Source: Antedon mediterranea (Eukaryota; Animalia; Echinodermata). From it: a stretch of DNA of 64,000 bases. Of the stretch, positions 39,577 to 54,233 are shown piece after piece (positions within the stretch are counted from its first letter, which is position 1; each line of letters opens with the position of its first letter). The notes beneath the pieces are model-generated. The model was not told the origin of the DNA, did no database searches, and worked only from the letters and a program-made list of their open reading frames with translations. The DNA lies in assembly GCF_964355755.1 (NCBI RefSeq), contig NC_092677.1:15646101-15710100 (forward strand), written 5' to 3'. A program made the translations under genes and the position numbers.

Positions 39577-42500
39577 TACTTTATCCTCCAATTAAAAACC
39601 ATATTATCATATCAGCGTTGCAACAAATGTATAAAACACACACACCTTTTCTTAACCTTAAAGCTAACAGCGTTCCCTGCCTTTTATTTTCAATGGAGTG
39701 GACAAGCTTAAAATTCAAGTATTAATTTGGATGATTATTTCTATAACTTTTACAATGGTACCTTCTTCAGTGCCGTATCTCTACATTGGCCCAGTATCAC
39801 AGGAAAATTCCATAAAACACCACCTCATGTGGTGTCTGTGTCATGGAAAATGTTGTTATGGGTTAGGTTAGAATCTTTAATACAGGCGTTACATGTGAAA
39901 CACATGAGATGCTGTATACAGGATTTGCCAATGATACTGGACACGTTTAGATACACTACCGAGAATCTGCTAGAGTAATAAACCCACAGATACATTTCCT
40001 GCAACTCCTCTGAAATTATAACAGAGATGATTGGTGGTTGCTGATTGGTTGAAAACTGGGTGGCCTTTGATGGGTAATGAATATTTATTAGCACACAAAT
40101 TATTGACTAAATCCATTGTTAGAGTAAAAATTATAACTCATTACTACATTTCAATTTTCCTATTTTAGAATTTATATGTAATACATTTCGTGAAAATAAC
40201 GACCCTTGGTAGCTGGGTGAAAGTGTCAGATAAAACCTATTTTATAACTTGAATTTCAAGCTAGGACCATCTCCATCTACGCACACACATTAACAGATAC
40301 TCAGACAAGCTGAGATTTTTTTTTAACAAAACCATCAATTTTCGAACTCATTTTTTTTAAAACAAATTTCTGGCTTTCAGCAAAACTAGCAAACTTTCTT
40401 AAAATGGAGATTTGAGAGATACAGATTAAAAGTGTTGAATGGACATTGTGGCAGTATTGGTATCACAACCATTGTAGTACAAAAATACATATTTTATGAT
40501 CACTTTTTAAAATAGGTACCTGATAGACAACCATCATGATTCATACCAAGCACTATACTGATGTACTTATGGTACCTTATAAGAGTGCCACTACCAGAGA
40601 ATATGGTAAATACCAAACAACTCTTTCAATTTCATAACTCAGTTCTGTATCTGCAGATGTACATGAAACAGAATTGTAAACCATACCATCTATATTATAT
40701 ATTCTACAAAATGCATGTTTAACATAATCTGTCATTGTTTTGATAATTATGGACTATTATTACAATTATTTAACCATGAAAATCCAAAAGTCAAAATGCA
40801 AAGCCTATGATAAAAGTTTGATAAGCAATTATTATGCATTAACATTTTTTAAAACAAAACAAAAAGCAACGTTTTACCTCCAAAATGGCATACAACTAGG
40901 ACAACTATGACGTAATGTAATTCGGCTACGACAAAAAGGATGGAAAAACACCTATGCTAGTAATTTAACTCAACTGCACAATATAAGCATACATTATTTT
41001 CAAATTTTGTGAATTTAATATACAGCATTTATAGAAAGCCAGTATCTAGTAAGGCAATTGTAGCAAAATAAGGCATCAGACATAAAAATCTTATATCAAA
41101 AATGTTAAACATGTTCAGGGCCCAACAAAGTGTCCTCTATATGTGTTGGCTTTAAAAACGTTTTTCAAAGGAAAATGTAAGAGATGTACCAAAGGAGGTT
41201 TTTTCCACTGTACTTATGTTTCTTACAATAAAATTTCAAACCGAATAATTTCATAACACTGTATAATGGTATTTTACTGATGTAAACAACTTTTTACTGA
41301 TTTGTAAACAATAATCTGTATCCAAGTAAACGATGTAACAAACATGTTTAATATTATTAGCATATTGTTTTTAAAAAAATGTCTGCATGCCATATAATGA
41401 TCATATTATTTGTTAGGATATAAGGTTAGCGTTTAAACCAAAGTTGTTAGTTGTTAGAAATTAGCATTTTCTATAATTGATTTTATAGACAATGTAGCAG
41501 ATTCTTTCTTCACATCTATCACATGTGACAGCTGTATCATACAGTTAAACATACTAAACAAAGCACATGTGACAATGACTGTATTAGAGAATTCTATGAT
41601 ACTGTATGTCAAGTGTACAGTACAAATTAGGTGGACAATGCCAGGTTTTTCCTTTAGCTTTATTAAAATACCATGCATTTTTAAATGGTATCCCACATAA
41701 CGAAGCCTGCCATTCAAAGGAAACTTATTAACCTAAAATGAGCATAAAACAATTTAAGAAGTCCAATACCAATTACTTGCACATCAAAATATTTAAAGAA
41801 CTTCAATGGAAAAGCATTTAAAAAGCTTTTTAATTTCATTTTATTAAAGGAAATATATAACAGATTTATATCTATGTAAACAATTCATTTACAACACCTT
41901 AAAAACCTAAATGATTATTAATTTCCATGTAGTATATCATAAACATTGCTGTTCTATCTATGTTATTACCTAAGTTTTGTTTAGTACATATTATATAGTG
42001 ACAAAATACAGTTTGGAAAGGGTTATAAATGTTGATAAAACAGGATTCTATTTTCAGTTCCCAAAAAGGCATACGATACAGTAATGTATACGCACATAAG
42101 AAAAGCGAGCGTGGTTTACAAACAAAAACGTAGGATATTGTATTTTTTCGTTTTGAAATAACAAATATAAATATAATATAAAAAAAAATTAATTACAGAG
42201 AAGACGACATTAATAATAAGCATTTATAAAGGGCTGTTATACTGATGACTCGCACTGCTAAAAAACCATAAAGAATGATTGAATTATTGTTAATAATATG
42301 ACCATGATATACCATTTTCCTTCATGATTTTTATACAATAATAGCTATCAATATATGACAATCCACCTACAGCTAACAGTTATACAAATTCTTTTGTAAA
42401 TTGTATTTTTATCTACACAAGGCATGACCTTGGGGATATCAATACAATAGAAGCTATGATAATACAGTAAGTGTGTTATCAATACAAAACCATAGGGCTA

Positions 42501-43548
42501 TCACATGACCTCTGACCTAAGAATCTCCCTCATGATTCATTGATTTTTTTAAGTTAGGGAAGACCTGAGCTTAGAATTGACGTAATGCTTTCAAAACAAA
42601 TGGTTTATAATTTACTATAAATAAAATAGATAACATTTTTAACTTTCAGCAACTTATTAACTATTTGCCTATGTCGATTTTTCTCAAGATGACATTTTTG
42701 CAAACCTAGCCAAAATAATTGTAATGGGCTACATAATAAAAAGAATACTCTGTAGCCTGGCCTATTTTAATTATGTTCTATCAATTTAATATGCACTGCT
42801 GCATTTTAACTGAAATTCCAGGGCTGCTTTTTGATGTTGAGATATGCAAATGTTCTTTTGTATTTTTATTAATTGGTTGTTTGTGTATTTTAGGTAACAT
42901 AAATTTATTTTTGATGTACCGTAGTACCTGTGACCTCTAAATACCTGATTGATAAATATGCTTTTCAGCATAATAATCAATTCAGCCATATGAAAATCAA
43001 TACTGTACACAGTAATATATTTAACAAAATAAAAATATTTTAAAATAAATTATTTTAAGGCAAAACATGAAATAAAAATTAGTAAAAAAAATGCATTAAA
43101 AAACCACACGGATAAAGCATAATTTTAACAATTACCAACTCTATAATATATCCCTTTTACACTATGTCACAAATTTTGCTAAAGTAGAAGTAGAAGATCG
43201 GAAAAGTGTCATAATTTATGGTTCCAATAACAATGTTACACTTTATAAAATTGAACCTCTAAACTCAATGGCAATTCTATTTAGTTTTTCCTATGTTAAG
43301 ACATGTTGATTACATTTTTAGCTATAATGAATTTAGGTTTATAAATACAAATAAAACTTCAATATTGTTAATAATAGTGTGCTGTACCACAAACCTCACA
43401 TTCTGCTCAACTCAATATGCAACAAGAATAAAACTGCGACCTCAATTGATTTTTTTAAATGGCAATTAATAAAATGTAGCTACTGTACCAGATTTTGGTC
43501 GTTGCAACTCATTATGCATAAAAAATGCAATACCAAATATGTCTTCAT

Positions 43549-46009
43549 TCATCGTGCAATTGTAAATTTAGCGATATGATCAACAGGTTCATGAATGATG
43601 TTTTGACGACTTGTCTTTTGTTTATTTACTTCTGCCATTTCTTCATCTTCCTCTTTAACCTCTTCTAATGTCTGGTACGAATGCTTTCCTTTCATCACCC
43701 CTGATTTCACTTCTGATCTAGAAGGAATGTTCGATGCCCTAACCCCTTGGGTTGAGTTCCTTGTCGCACCAGAACTAGATACATTAAGAGATTTCAGTTC
43801 ACTGGCTAGCTTGTTTGGCTTATCTACACCAGAGGATAGATACCTATGATCCACTGGGTTGTCAGTGTCTGTATGGTGTCTTTGTTCATCCATGCTGATC
43901 TGATCCTTATGATGTTCAATGTTATCTGGAGGATTTTTCCAATGTTGGACACGCTGTCTTTTATTATCAAGATAATCACTACGATAAGTCCTTTGAACAG
44001 CATCAGACTGTTCTTCTTTACGATGCTTAACGCTTTCTTTAGGGGTGAGCGACACACACACATCCCCTACAGCTAGTTTGTGGCACGCAAGATTATAACG
44101 TAGAGAAGTTAACTCTGGGTTGACCGATGACCATCCATGACCAAACACATAAAATGGATGTTCCAAACCAGCTTCAACAGTTACCTATACAAAAACAGTG
44201 AAAATGTAATAATTATTCTTCAATACAAGGTTACTGAACCTTACACTAGAATGTAGCGAGAGACCCCTCCAAAGAGCAAGTTATTGGTTTTGCAGACAAG
44301 GTTTGTAATAAGATTAATTATTATATTACCTGTTCACGCTGATTTCCTACAGAGAAGCTAATAATAGCCATTGACTTCTTTACTACATCCTTTATTCTTA
44401 CCACTGTACTGGAATCTATCCTAAGACCATCGGTTACCTGTGCACTTTGTATAAAATCTTCGGTGCAAAGGTCTTCTACTCTCTTCAGCTCACCACTTGC
44501 CAACTGTATCACAGAGCCACGGGTGAAATATGAAGGGAAAGTGGATGAACCAGGATACTCCGCCTCAGTATTAAGCTTGCGCAGTGGCGTTTGATGGTAA
44601 GTCAGTTGTACAGGATCTGTACCATGAGGAGACTCCTTCCTAATTAGAGAATCTTTCATTCGTGAAGAATTTGACGATTCAACAACAGCATCCGGTTGGG
44701 CTTTCTGCGCAAGAGTTGCATGTGTAGATGGTCGCACATGTGGTGTAGGACTAAGCTGTAACTGCATATTGGAATATGTAACAGGTGGAGAAACTAGTTG
44801 CGGAGGTGAATGCAATGATGTTTGTATTGTTAAGGCATTTGCATATAAAGTTTGTATATTTGCTGAAGGTACTTGGTGTATGTAGCGCTCTTCCCTTGGT
44901 ACAGGTTGAGGATGAACATGTGCTATCTTTGGTGACTCCTGGTAGACAGCTCTCTCCGGTCCAACATCCATGTGGTATGGAGGTTCCTTAAACCGTACAT
45001 GTCCTGCTAGCTGCAGGTCTCTTGGTGATGGTCCTCTTGAACTCCTTTCTTCTTCCTGATGTTCATAGAATTTTCTTTCATGAGATTCCCACCTCTCCCG
45101 TGCTGGATGAGGATGAGTATGTTCCAAGTCTTTGTCTGCTTGTCTCTGGTCACCGGAAGGATGCCTACTGCTTGAACGACTATCAGGTTGAACACCAACA
45201 ACATAGATTCCACTTCCAGGAATAAACCCTGGTGCTTGGTATTCCCTTGGTGATGGTAAAGGTGAGCCATCTATTGTACCAAAGGGTGAAACAGTTGTTG
45301 GAAGCAAGGAATGAGGTAAAGGTTGCCCTTCTCTCACATGGCTTCCAATATTTGCCAACATTTCGGAGTAAGAGGACTCTTCGTGTGGTGCTGGCCTCAT
45401 AACTGGTGGATGACCGGGTAAACGAACAAACGGAGAATAATAAGGTGCATATGCTTGTAAGCCAGGTACGGTACTATAATGAACCATAGGTGGCGACGTA
45501 TATTGTAAAACGGAATGACTGGTGAGGCGTGACGCATTCTTGTCATACATTGCTGAAGGAGGAGGTGAAAAAGTTCTTGGTGGAATGCCCTCTACTGGTG
45601 ACATCCTTCGGCTTCCAGAGTTTCTACCATTTGATACTTGTGGTGATAGTTGTCCAGAATCTACCACTCTTTCAGATGAAGGGGTGTTGTAAGCCCTACG
45701 TAAATCTGGAGCCCATAACCTTTGTACCCTATCATCTTCATCTAATTGCCTTTCTTGTGCTTTTTCACTACTGCTTTCTTGACTTACTCCTTCCTGGAGA
45801 AACTCTTTCCTGTGTTCAGATGATGTTAAAAATTGTACGTTTTCAGCTATAGTTTGATTCTGTGATGACACAGTACCCATTGAAGGCAGTCTGCTACCCT
45901 GCATTAAGTTGGCGTTGGTGTCTTGGTATCTCAAGGAGTAGCCATGTTGATTCTGCTCGTCTTTCTTGTGGGTGGATGCCTGATGAGTTGACGGGTTGGT
46001 TATGTACAT
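43549..46009 (-). CDS. ATXN1: Ataxin-1 family protein (AXH domain), 771 aa, 2 coding exons
   Basis: Exon 46009-44330 ends FPSYFTRGSVIQLASGELKRVEDLCTEDFIQSA...SFSVGNQREQ; 145-bp GT-AG intron 44329-44185; exon 44184-43549 starts VTVEAGLEHPFYVFGHGWSS...LACHKLAVGDVCVSLT, completing the AXH domain. Acceptor upstream of the ATG, exon starts at 46035. Confidence 0.94.
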
Positions 46010-47353
46010 TAGAGATACTCACAACCGCTTAAGCTCTGTAAAAGACAAACAAAAGAAAATAATGTAAAATTTTCTACAAACTGTAGTTTTAGTTTGTACG
46101 GTATTAACTATTAGTTTCCCAAAAGTGAATATCACTAGTGTTTGTACAATTATTAAAGAGAATGTAACGTTGCTTATAGCTTACGACTCATAATGTATTA
46201 ACATCACATACTAACAAGGTTTTATTCATGAATTTAAATAATCCTTTGAAATTAATTTCACTGTATAAAAATCATGTTATTTCACAACTTTACTAGTAGC
46301 ACTGCAGGAAAGAAGGAAGGGCAAAAGGTAAAAAGGGCACACCATACCAAGGCTACAGTTGCTGTGGCTAGTAAAAACATGTTGTCAAACCACAAGAAGT
46401 ACAGTATGTATGAGAAAAACAAAATACTCTAACAATGAGATACAAACAAAATTAATAATAGAAACAACTGTTATCTTCCTTCAATAAAATAAGAGATGTA
46501 AATATTTTAAATATATTAAATATATTTAAAAATTGAGGGAGGGAGTGTGACAATAAAGGTTCTCACCAGCATATCACAAATGGCACTAAAAAGATTCTGA
46601 AGTGTCCCACTGCCACTGAGGAGCTATAATACATGGTGTTTTTTCTGTTGCTTTAAATTACATTTTTTCAGGTAAAATAACTATTATATGTGACAATAAA
46701 ATGACACATTCAAAAACAAATTTGAAATTAAAAATATTTTTTTCAGAGGGACAATATATCTTTAAAACTGTTACATCAATAAGCGAGCAGCGTTTTTTGT
46801 AAGAAATATTTCTTGCTTAAAACAAATTTGCTGGCCTAATTGAATGTGTATTTCAGTTACTGAAGTCTCTAAATAGTCAAATTTAAATATCAGTACAATC
46901 ACATTTTTTGTTTATTTCTTCTTTTTTAAATGAAAATGATTCAAAGTAGAATGGACTGTGTTTGAAAGGAAGGCCTAGGGACCTACAGCTACTGTACAAC
47001 TGCTACAGGTTACTAAATAATTAACCACAAGCAATACAAAGTCTCATGGGAAACTGATCACAAGGTGTTTGCAATATATAGACTGCAATAACAAGTAATG
47101 TGGTTACTTATATAGGTTTTAGGAATATCAGCTGTCTATTGGTCAAGTATTTTTAACTGTACAATTATTATTTTTTCTTATAAATTATATTGATGAAAAC
47201 TGCAGTAATTTTGTGTAATTTTATACACTCTTTGCTCAGTCAACCTCTAGTAAGTGTTGACGATAGATCTCAGAATGTTAAATGTCTTGGGTAAAAACAT
47301 CACAGGACATTCTGGCCTTTGGGTAAGGTCAGTTACCATATAAATTATAACTA

Positions 47354-48778
47354 CTAGATGGTACGCTCGCTTCGCTCGCGTACCATCTAAGTCGTGCCAA
47401 CAGATGGTTCTCGAATACATAATAATTTCAGCGTTAAAAAACTGGCGATTTCAAATGTACGTACCGCAGGACAATAATACATGTCGTTTACAGGAACGAA
47501 TAAATAGACACTGTGATTTATGTACTGAACTAAAATTAGCACCCTGGGAATTACTTCCGAAAGAGAAACTTGTCACAAAATGAGACCAATTGTTTAAGTC
47601 AAATTTAAACAAACTTAATTTGTGTTTTGTATGTAACATTACGGTTGAGGGATGGGAAAGAGGATGGGTGCAAAGAGGAACAATTTTTAAATATATTCTT
47701 TATCCATGTAGTAACGAAATATTAATTGTTTTCATGTTTTACAAATAATATACCACTAAACACAGTACAACATTGCGATGTAATACTTTGTTGAAACTAT
47801 CACCGTCCTAGTCGATTGAAATAGTATAGTACATGTAACGATACATCACTACGACGTGTATAATATGTTTATATAATGTAAAACAATTTGTGAAAACCAC
47901 CCCTATTCGTGGCAAATCATAAATTCGATTTAATCGTCAATAAATATTAAATCATCTAACTCAACTTAATTAGTAGGCCTAATGGTTTTCAATTGTTTCT
48001 TAGAGCCAATTCATACTTAAGTTGGTTCCTACCCTACCCACCAAAGTTGTTCTGCGTTTAGGGCATGTGATGCACCGTTGGCCTATCCTCTACTGGCTTA
48101 ACAACGCTACTCATGCCAGTGAGGGAAGGGTGATAATGTGGGTGGTTTAACTGCAATAATAAAGATTTGTACATAATATACGGCGACTGAAAACGCTAGC
48201 TCATTATCCGTTTAAAAAAATATATATCCAACCTCTGCAGCACAGATTAAAAAAAAATGGATCGAATTTCTGTTATGAGTATACAGTACTTGCCTTTACG
48301 ACGCCTGAGGGAATAGACACTTGTGGAACAGAGATTGGAATGTTCCATTCATTTCAAATCAATACATTTGCATAAACGTATATTAAATCTATCAAAATAG
48401 TATTTTTTAAAGAAAATCGGCCTGTCTTCAACATTATGATACTGTACTCGAGCTGTTCAACCGGTTATCGTAGGAGGAGATAGGAAAATGCGAAGCCTCC
48501 TCGCATTTTTGTGGCGGGTATTTTTCAAGATGGACATCCATTAGACAGTGTATACCACGATCGGAAAACACCCCTATTTGGGGCAAATCGTTGAACGTAA
48601 ATTCGTTTTAATCGTCAATAACTAATTATCTAACTTAAATTAATTAGTAAACAGGGTTACATCAGGTGGTTAAAATCAGTACCGAAAGTACGAACCAACT
48701 TGATATACCATCGAGTAAAAATTCTAAAAGTAAAGCGCGATTTACCGAATTTTGCCCTTACGTAAATTTATATATAGA
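47354..48778 (-). mobile_element. Non-autonomous Helitron, subtype B, in the probable ATXN1 5'UTR intron
   Basis: On the minus strand A|TCTATATATAAATTTACG ... GCGAAGCGAGCGTACCATCTAG|T; interior matches unit 2 at 1537-2964. Confidence 0.88.
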
Positions 48779-51700
48779 TTATGCTTGCTACTGTATTCGT
48801 AAAAATAAACCTGATCTGGTTGTTAATGATGATGAATATAACATTTTAAAGTACCCTGTTCATTGATTGGTACCTAGTGTTAGAGGGTGGGGGCATTTAT
48901 TCAATCAATGGAGGCGCTTATACAAGGGAGGCGTTTAATGTGTTACTGTACAGTATGTCGGTGTACAACAAGGCATACTTTTGAAAAGTAAATTTGACCT
49001 CTAAATTGTCTTATTATACACAGTCACCTTTTCACACACACCCTAAAGATTCAAACAAACCGCCTCAATAACTAGGCCTACAGTAGGCCTCCTATAGCCT
49101 ATAGTACTACTGCTACTACTGTAGGCCCACAGTAGCTACTGTAGTTACTTTAGTTTAGCCTGTCTAATCACGTTCAATCACCACATGGTAAAAAGAGTTT
49201 ATTGAATAAAGGAAAATTTTAATGCTATGTATCAATTAATATTACAATGATATTCTAACCTGCCAGGCCTCCTCATCCACTGTATTATTAGTACTAGTAA
49301 CTAGGTCTAATAGTACCTAACACACACTCATGTGCTTGTGTATTTCTAGCTAGCTAGCTAACAGTCCATTAATTATGGTGGTGTCACATTTTAATTACAC
49401 AATAACTATGTCCCTTGCTCACGGTGGTTTATTTTATTACATCTACGTCAACAATTACTGTACATATTTCTGTTCACATGTACTGTAGGCAATAGTTCAT
49501 AATGCCGTTTCATTTATGATCAATTCACAATAGAATCCATCATATGATGCAATTACATAGTATGGTGAAACTGTATGTAAAAATTAATTTTCACTCATAA
49601 TCATATTCACAGTCTGTGTGTACATATAATATTAATATAGGCCTATTGTTTTTTACCAATTGAATTTTATTTTTAATAAGATCTCCCAGCAGACAGTTAT
49701 TATTAAACAATAAGAAATTCGCAGAGATGTAGCTATACATTACTACTACTGGAGACTCACTGGATACAGACTTACTGTACTGTACATGTGCCTACAGTAC
49801 ACATATGATACTGTACAGCTCTGTAGCTGTACTGTGCAGAATATTTGTCGCCAAAAATCATCTAGGTAGAATTAAATAAAATTCTTATTCCTGATGTGAC
49901 AAGTACGAAATTATGGTGGTTTTTTTAAGAAGTTTGCCTCTATAGCAAATTGAAAATATTGTATTTTAAAACAAAATGTGTCAACTGTCAGTTATTCTGT
50001 AATGTAAGATGAATATTTCCAGGATTTAAATATCTAGATCAGAATGCAACTATCCTATAGTAATAAATGGATTTTCCTACTACAGTATGAAAGGCCACAT
50101 CCTGAATTAGTTTCACACAACCAGTCATTATGACATAAGTAATTCTTGGTATCCTCATTAGCATGATTACAAATAGGCAACATGCCAGGTATTACAACAT
50201 ACTGTACTGTACACACAAATAACTTTAGTGTTTAAATACTATACTACTGGACTGCATAAGTAGGCCTACAGTACCTGGAAATGTTTGCAGTGCAGTGCAA
50301 CACAAGCAGCATATCATGGTTACAAACTATCTGTCAGTCAGTGTCAACAAAATATTATTATAATATACAGTAATTAATTTAAAGATAACAAATACACTAA
50401 TGTTAGTAGTTTTAATATACAGACTGTTGCAATATTTTATCAAGTTCTTATACAATAATATGACTATTCATTTTTATACTTTAAAAATGAAATATTTTAT
50501 TCAAAATGCATTTGGTTCTTTGTTTGAAAGAGCCCATCCCTGATAGTATGCTGTTTGCCAATAAAGTGTGTATGTTTGGCATTAAGCCATTTTCACAGAT
50601 CCAGGGACTATATAACAAACAATCACAATAATTTCAGAATACTTTCACATGAGGCCTGCTATTTTCATCATTAACAGTGGGATGTCTAAAAATGATAAAT
50701 TTCACTATTGTGCCAACCCCCCTGGAAGGATTTAAAAAGACTCTAAGGGCCTGTTTGACCTAAGGAGTAATACTTTTGTATCGTACGCGGCGTACAACTC
50801 CATAGGTCTGAACCAGAAAAAGATTAGTGGAAGCGACTTACGACACTGATCTTTCGTTCATAATGACAGCTCAAGGTTAGTGAACGACGCTTACGATAGG
50901 AACGAAATTGACCTCCAACCAATCAAATTTTCTCGTGCATACCAGATGTTCGCCCAAATCGGTGACACTTCTGGCCTCTATATCAAAAGCGTTATTTAAG
51001 CGTTAAGTTATTTAAACTTTGCTGTTACGACGCTAATTATATGACATTGCTTGCGATACAAAAACATACCCTTAGATACGTAATAATTTGTAGTCTTTAT
51101 CTCAATAAATCTCTGAAACACTGTACTACTACTAGCCAGTGGCAGATCCAAAATTTTGAAATACTGTAGAGGGGGACGGAAGGTTACTGTAGGTTACGGT
51201 CTAGGGTCTAGGGTCTACTCTATATAATTATAAAATAAAGTGCTGAACTTAAGTCCTGTCATTTGCATTAAAATGTCCCCTTAGATCGGCCGTTTGTGGG
51301 TTAAGTACCAGTTTGTGAGTGATCACAGTTTATATAAATTTGTATAATAAGCAAGGCTTGGGACGTACTGTATACAGGAGGTCCAGCCAGGATCTACTAA
51401 CGCAATGGCACAGTATGGTAAATGGGTCAAACGAAAGAGAGTCACAAAAGATAAACGTTTCATACAAACATACTCAGCTACTGTATGTTTACCAAGTTCT
51501 TTTCTTTATTGGAGTAAATTATTCTGATAGTAGAAAAAAGAGCATGTAAATTACATTGCGATTTTAGCTTGTTCTACATTTAAACTTCAATTTTAATTTT
51601 AAATTTCCACAATATAATAAAATACTGTACATCATAAATGCAATGAAGTGATTATGTGGGGGGGGGGGGGGAGTCATATAGTATAAGTCATAAAGACCCA

Positions 51701-51952
51701 CCACAAGATATAACATTGAATATGAAAAAAAAATATACATAAACTAATATTAAATAATAAATAAAAGAAAACAAAGCTACAATTTCTATTCAAAAAATAT
51801 ATGCCTGACACATCCGATATGCTTCTGATGATTTAAAACACCAAATTTAACATTACAACTGACAACTAAAACTTGATACAATAGTACAGTACCTGTCATG
51901 GGTTTTAGAGTAGAGTTGGTACTGTACTGTATCATATGACGAATGTAACTTA

Positions 51953-52073
51953 AGCTCTGTCTACACTATCAAAATAGTGTACCCCCAAATACAGTATAGC
52001 AGGGATGCGACATAATCGTATAATCCATAAACTGTATGGGTACATTACATTTTTGTTACATAAAGACAGAGCT
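51953..52073. mobile_element. PIF/Harbinger-type MITE
   Basis: TTA|AGCTCTGTCT ... AGACAGAGCT|TTA; same family as 38937-39072. Confidence 0.65.
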
Positions 52074-52762
52074 TTAGATAAGATTAAGCGTGCATAGAGC
52101 AGACAGAGTGAACACAGTGTGAACACACAGATCATTAAATACAAATATATAGTTTTAATTTAATAATAATATATAGTTATAATATGTAATAACCAGCAAG
52201 GTAACAATATCATTGATAACAATGCTTGGATTAGAACCATCCATTTTAATTGTAGGTACATACAAAAACCAATTCAAAAATAATTATTCAAACATTGTGA
52301 CAATGAACATTGCAATCATTTGTATAGCATTAATAGGAAGTTCAGCATTGACATTTTCTAAGCAGTATAGGTAGTGTACACATGTAGCATTGACACAAAC
52401 CCACAAACATTTCTGCTGTAGTATTTTATTTTGAATGAGACAAATAGGCTATTGTAGTAATTGTTACAATCCAGATGGACTAGACAGGCTTCAAGGTCTC
52501 ACTGGCACCTGGCCAATTGTAATAAGCTGACATAAACAAAATGCAAAAGAGGCCTCTCAACATTAGGCTTCACTTACTATAAAACCCATTCGCAAATCGA
52601 GGATTGAAATCCAATGGATCTTTTTCTAAAACACTAAACATGCAATAAGGATGTAAGACTTGACTGAAAAATGCTTTATTTTATAGATTGACAGAAAATG
52701 TCTTGTTTTCCTACCAAGTTGGCCAAAACTCTGATCGTTTGAAGGTTAGGTGTAGTGTCTTA

Positions 52763-53137
52763 AGCCCAGCGCACACTATAGCTATCGGCTGAGCCAACTG
52801 GCACGAGTAACACTTTGCTCACTAAAAAATTTGCCGCAAACTGTGATCGTGTTCTATCAGATGCCTTCAGTACGCAATTTTCTGATACTTACTTACTACA
52901 CTATACGAAGCACGCTGACATATTATAATAAATTATATATCATGGGCAGTGGAATTTTTTAGTGAGCTATTAGCTCACGTTCGGCACACACAAAATGACA
53001 CAATATGCTAAAAAATATTAAACCGGATAGATATTTTCCTCAGCGCCATGAGTGGCCGATTCCTCACGAATTCTCCAGCGCACACTGTGAGCCAAGTGTT
53101 ACTCGTGCCAGTTGGCTCAGCCTATAGCTATGTGTGC
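52763..53137. mobile_element. MITE with about 55-bp terminal inverted repeats (Harbinger-like)
   Basis: GCACACTATAGCTATCGGCTGAGCCAACTGGCACGAGTAACACTTTGCTCAC ... GTGAGCCAAGTGTTACTCGTGCCAGTTGGCTCAGCCTATAGCTATGTGTGC. Confidence 0.75.
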
Positions 53138-53958
53138 AACGATCAGACTTTTGGATCCAATCAGGGGGTCTAGCAAACAGGGTTTTAATTCTATGCATTG
53201 CCACCAGTGACTGGTCCTCCTCACGGCCGTAAAAATTGCCAGATAGCCTACCCAAGGAAAATCCCTCAATTCTCATTGGTGAGCAAAATTAAGAAGCTTA
53301 CCGTTGTTCTTTAAATTAATAAAAAAAAATGGGTTATTTTAAGACATCAGCAAACACATGCATTTTCTATTCTACTAAATATAGCCAGATAGGCCTAGAA
53401 TTTATCTGCTATCCATTAAAAAGATCAAATTAATTAATGTAATAATAATATTGTTTTATTTATCATGAATACTTCTACTGCAAATTTTATCATAATTGAG
53501 CTATAATATAGCCTTGGCCTATTTCTTGAACTACAAAACTCAATAACAACTTTGCCTGAAGAATGAACCCAGATTGATCATATTCATTTATTAATACATT
53601 AGGATTAGGCTAGGCCTGGGAAGTCGTTGTTTATGTATGGTACAATAGTTAATGGTATTGTACAATATATAAGCCTAGTATTACTATACTGTGAGTTAGC
53701 AGTAATTGTAATGCGTAAGACCTAGAGAAGTACAGTAGTAGTACAGTAAAGGTAGGCCTAGGGCATAGACGGGAATTACCGGGTTGTTACGGCCAAAAAT
53801 CTATTGTTTGACACAACCAAAGGATGATAGTTCGCGCGCCACACATCCTGATAAAATATACGACGAGCCTAGCCTTAGCAAACTACGACAAATATGAAAT
53901 GTCATTTTTACACGTTAAGACATAATATACATTATTAATTTAAGAAACAAGTCCTCAC

Positions 53959-54215
53959 CATTTGCAACCATTCAGATGTTTACTTCCGGTGAGATTTCAA
54001 AACAATTTCTTAGCCGAAGCCCTTCGTGTTCTCGATCGCCTGCGATCAGCTGGGCTATGGCTGAAAATTCGTCAGATGATTTGCATATCTCTCCAGACAT
54101 GTCATGTCAATGACACAAGAGATCGATGAGTACATTGGTCAATTGTTAACCCTGGGAATACAATAGACCAATCATGTTTCATCATCGATACCCACCAGCG
54201 GCGTGCAAATGATTT
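53959..54215 (-). promoter_or_regulatory. Candidate ATXN1 promoter and non-coding first exon
   Basis: Donor ATG|GTGAG at 53959/53958 on -, ETS core ACTTCCGG at about 53982, octamer ATTTGCAT at about 54079, CCAAT boxes at about 54135 and 54168, CpG-rich, and a TAGGCCTA tract just downstream on -. It would imply a 5'UTR intron of about 7.9 kb. Inference. Confidence 0.45.
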
Positions 54216-54233
54216 ATTATAAATTAACTGATA

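Noticed and set aside
43824-45852. Several ORFs overlapping ATXN1 in other frames or on the other strand
   Set aside because: Expected shadows of a long, GC-richer coding exon.
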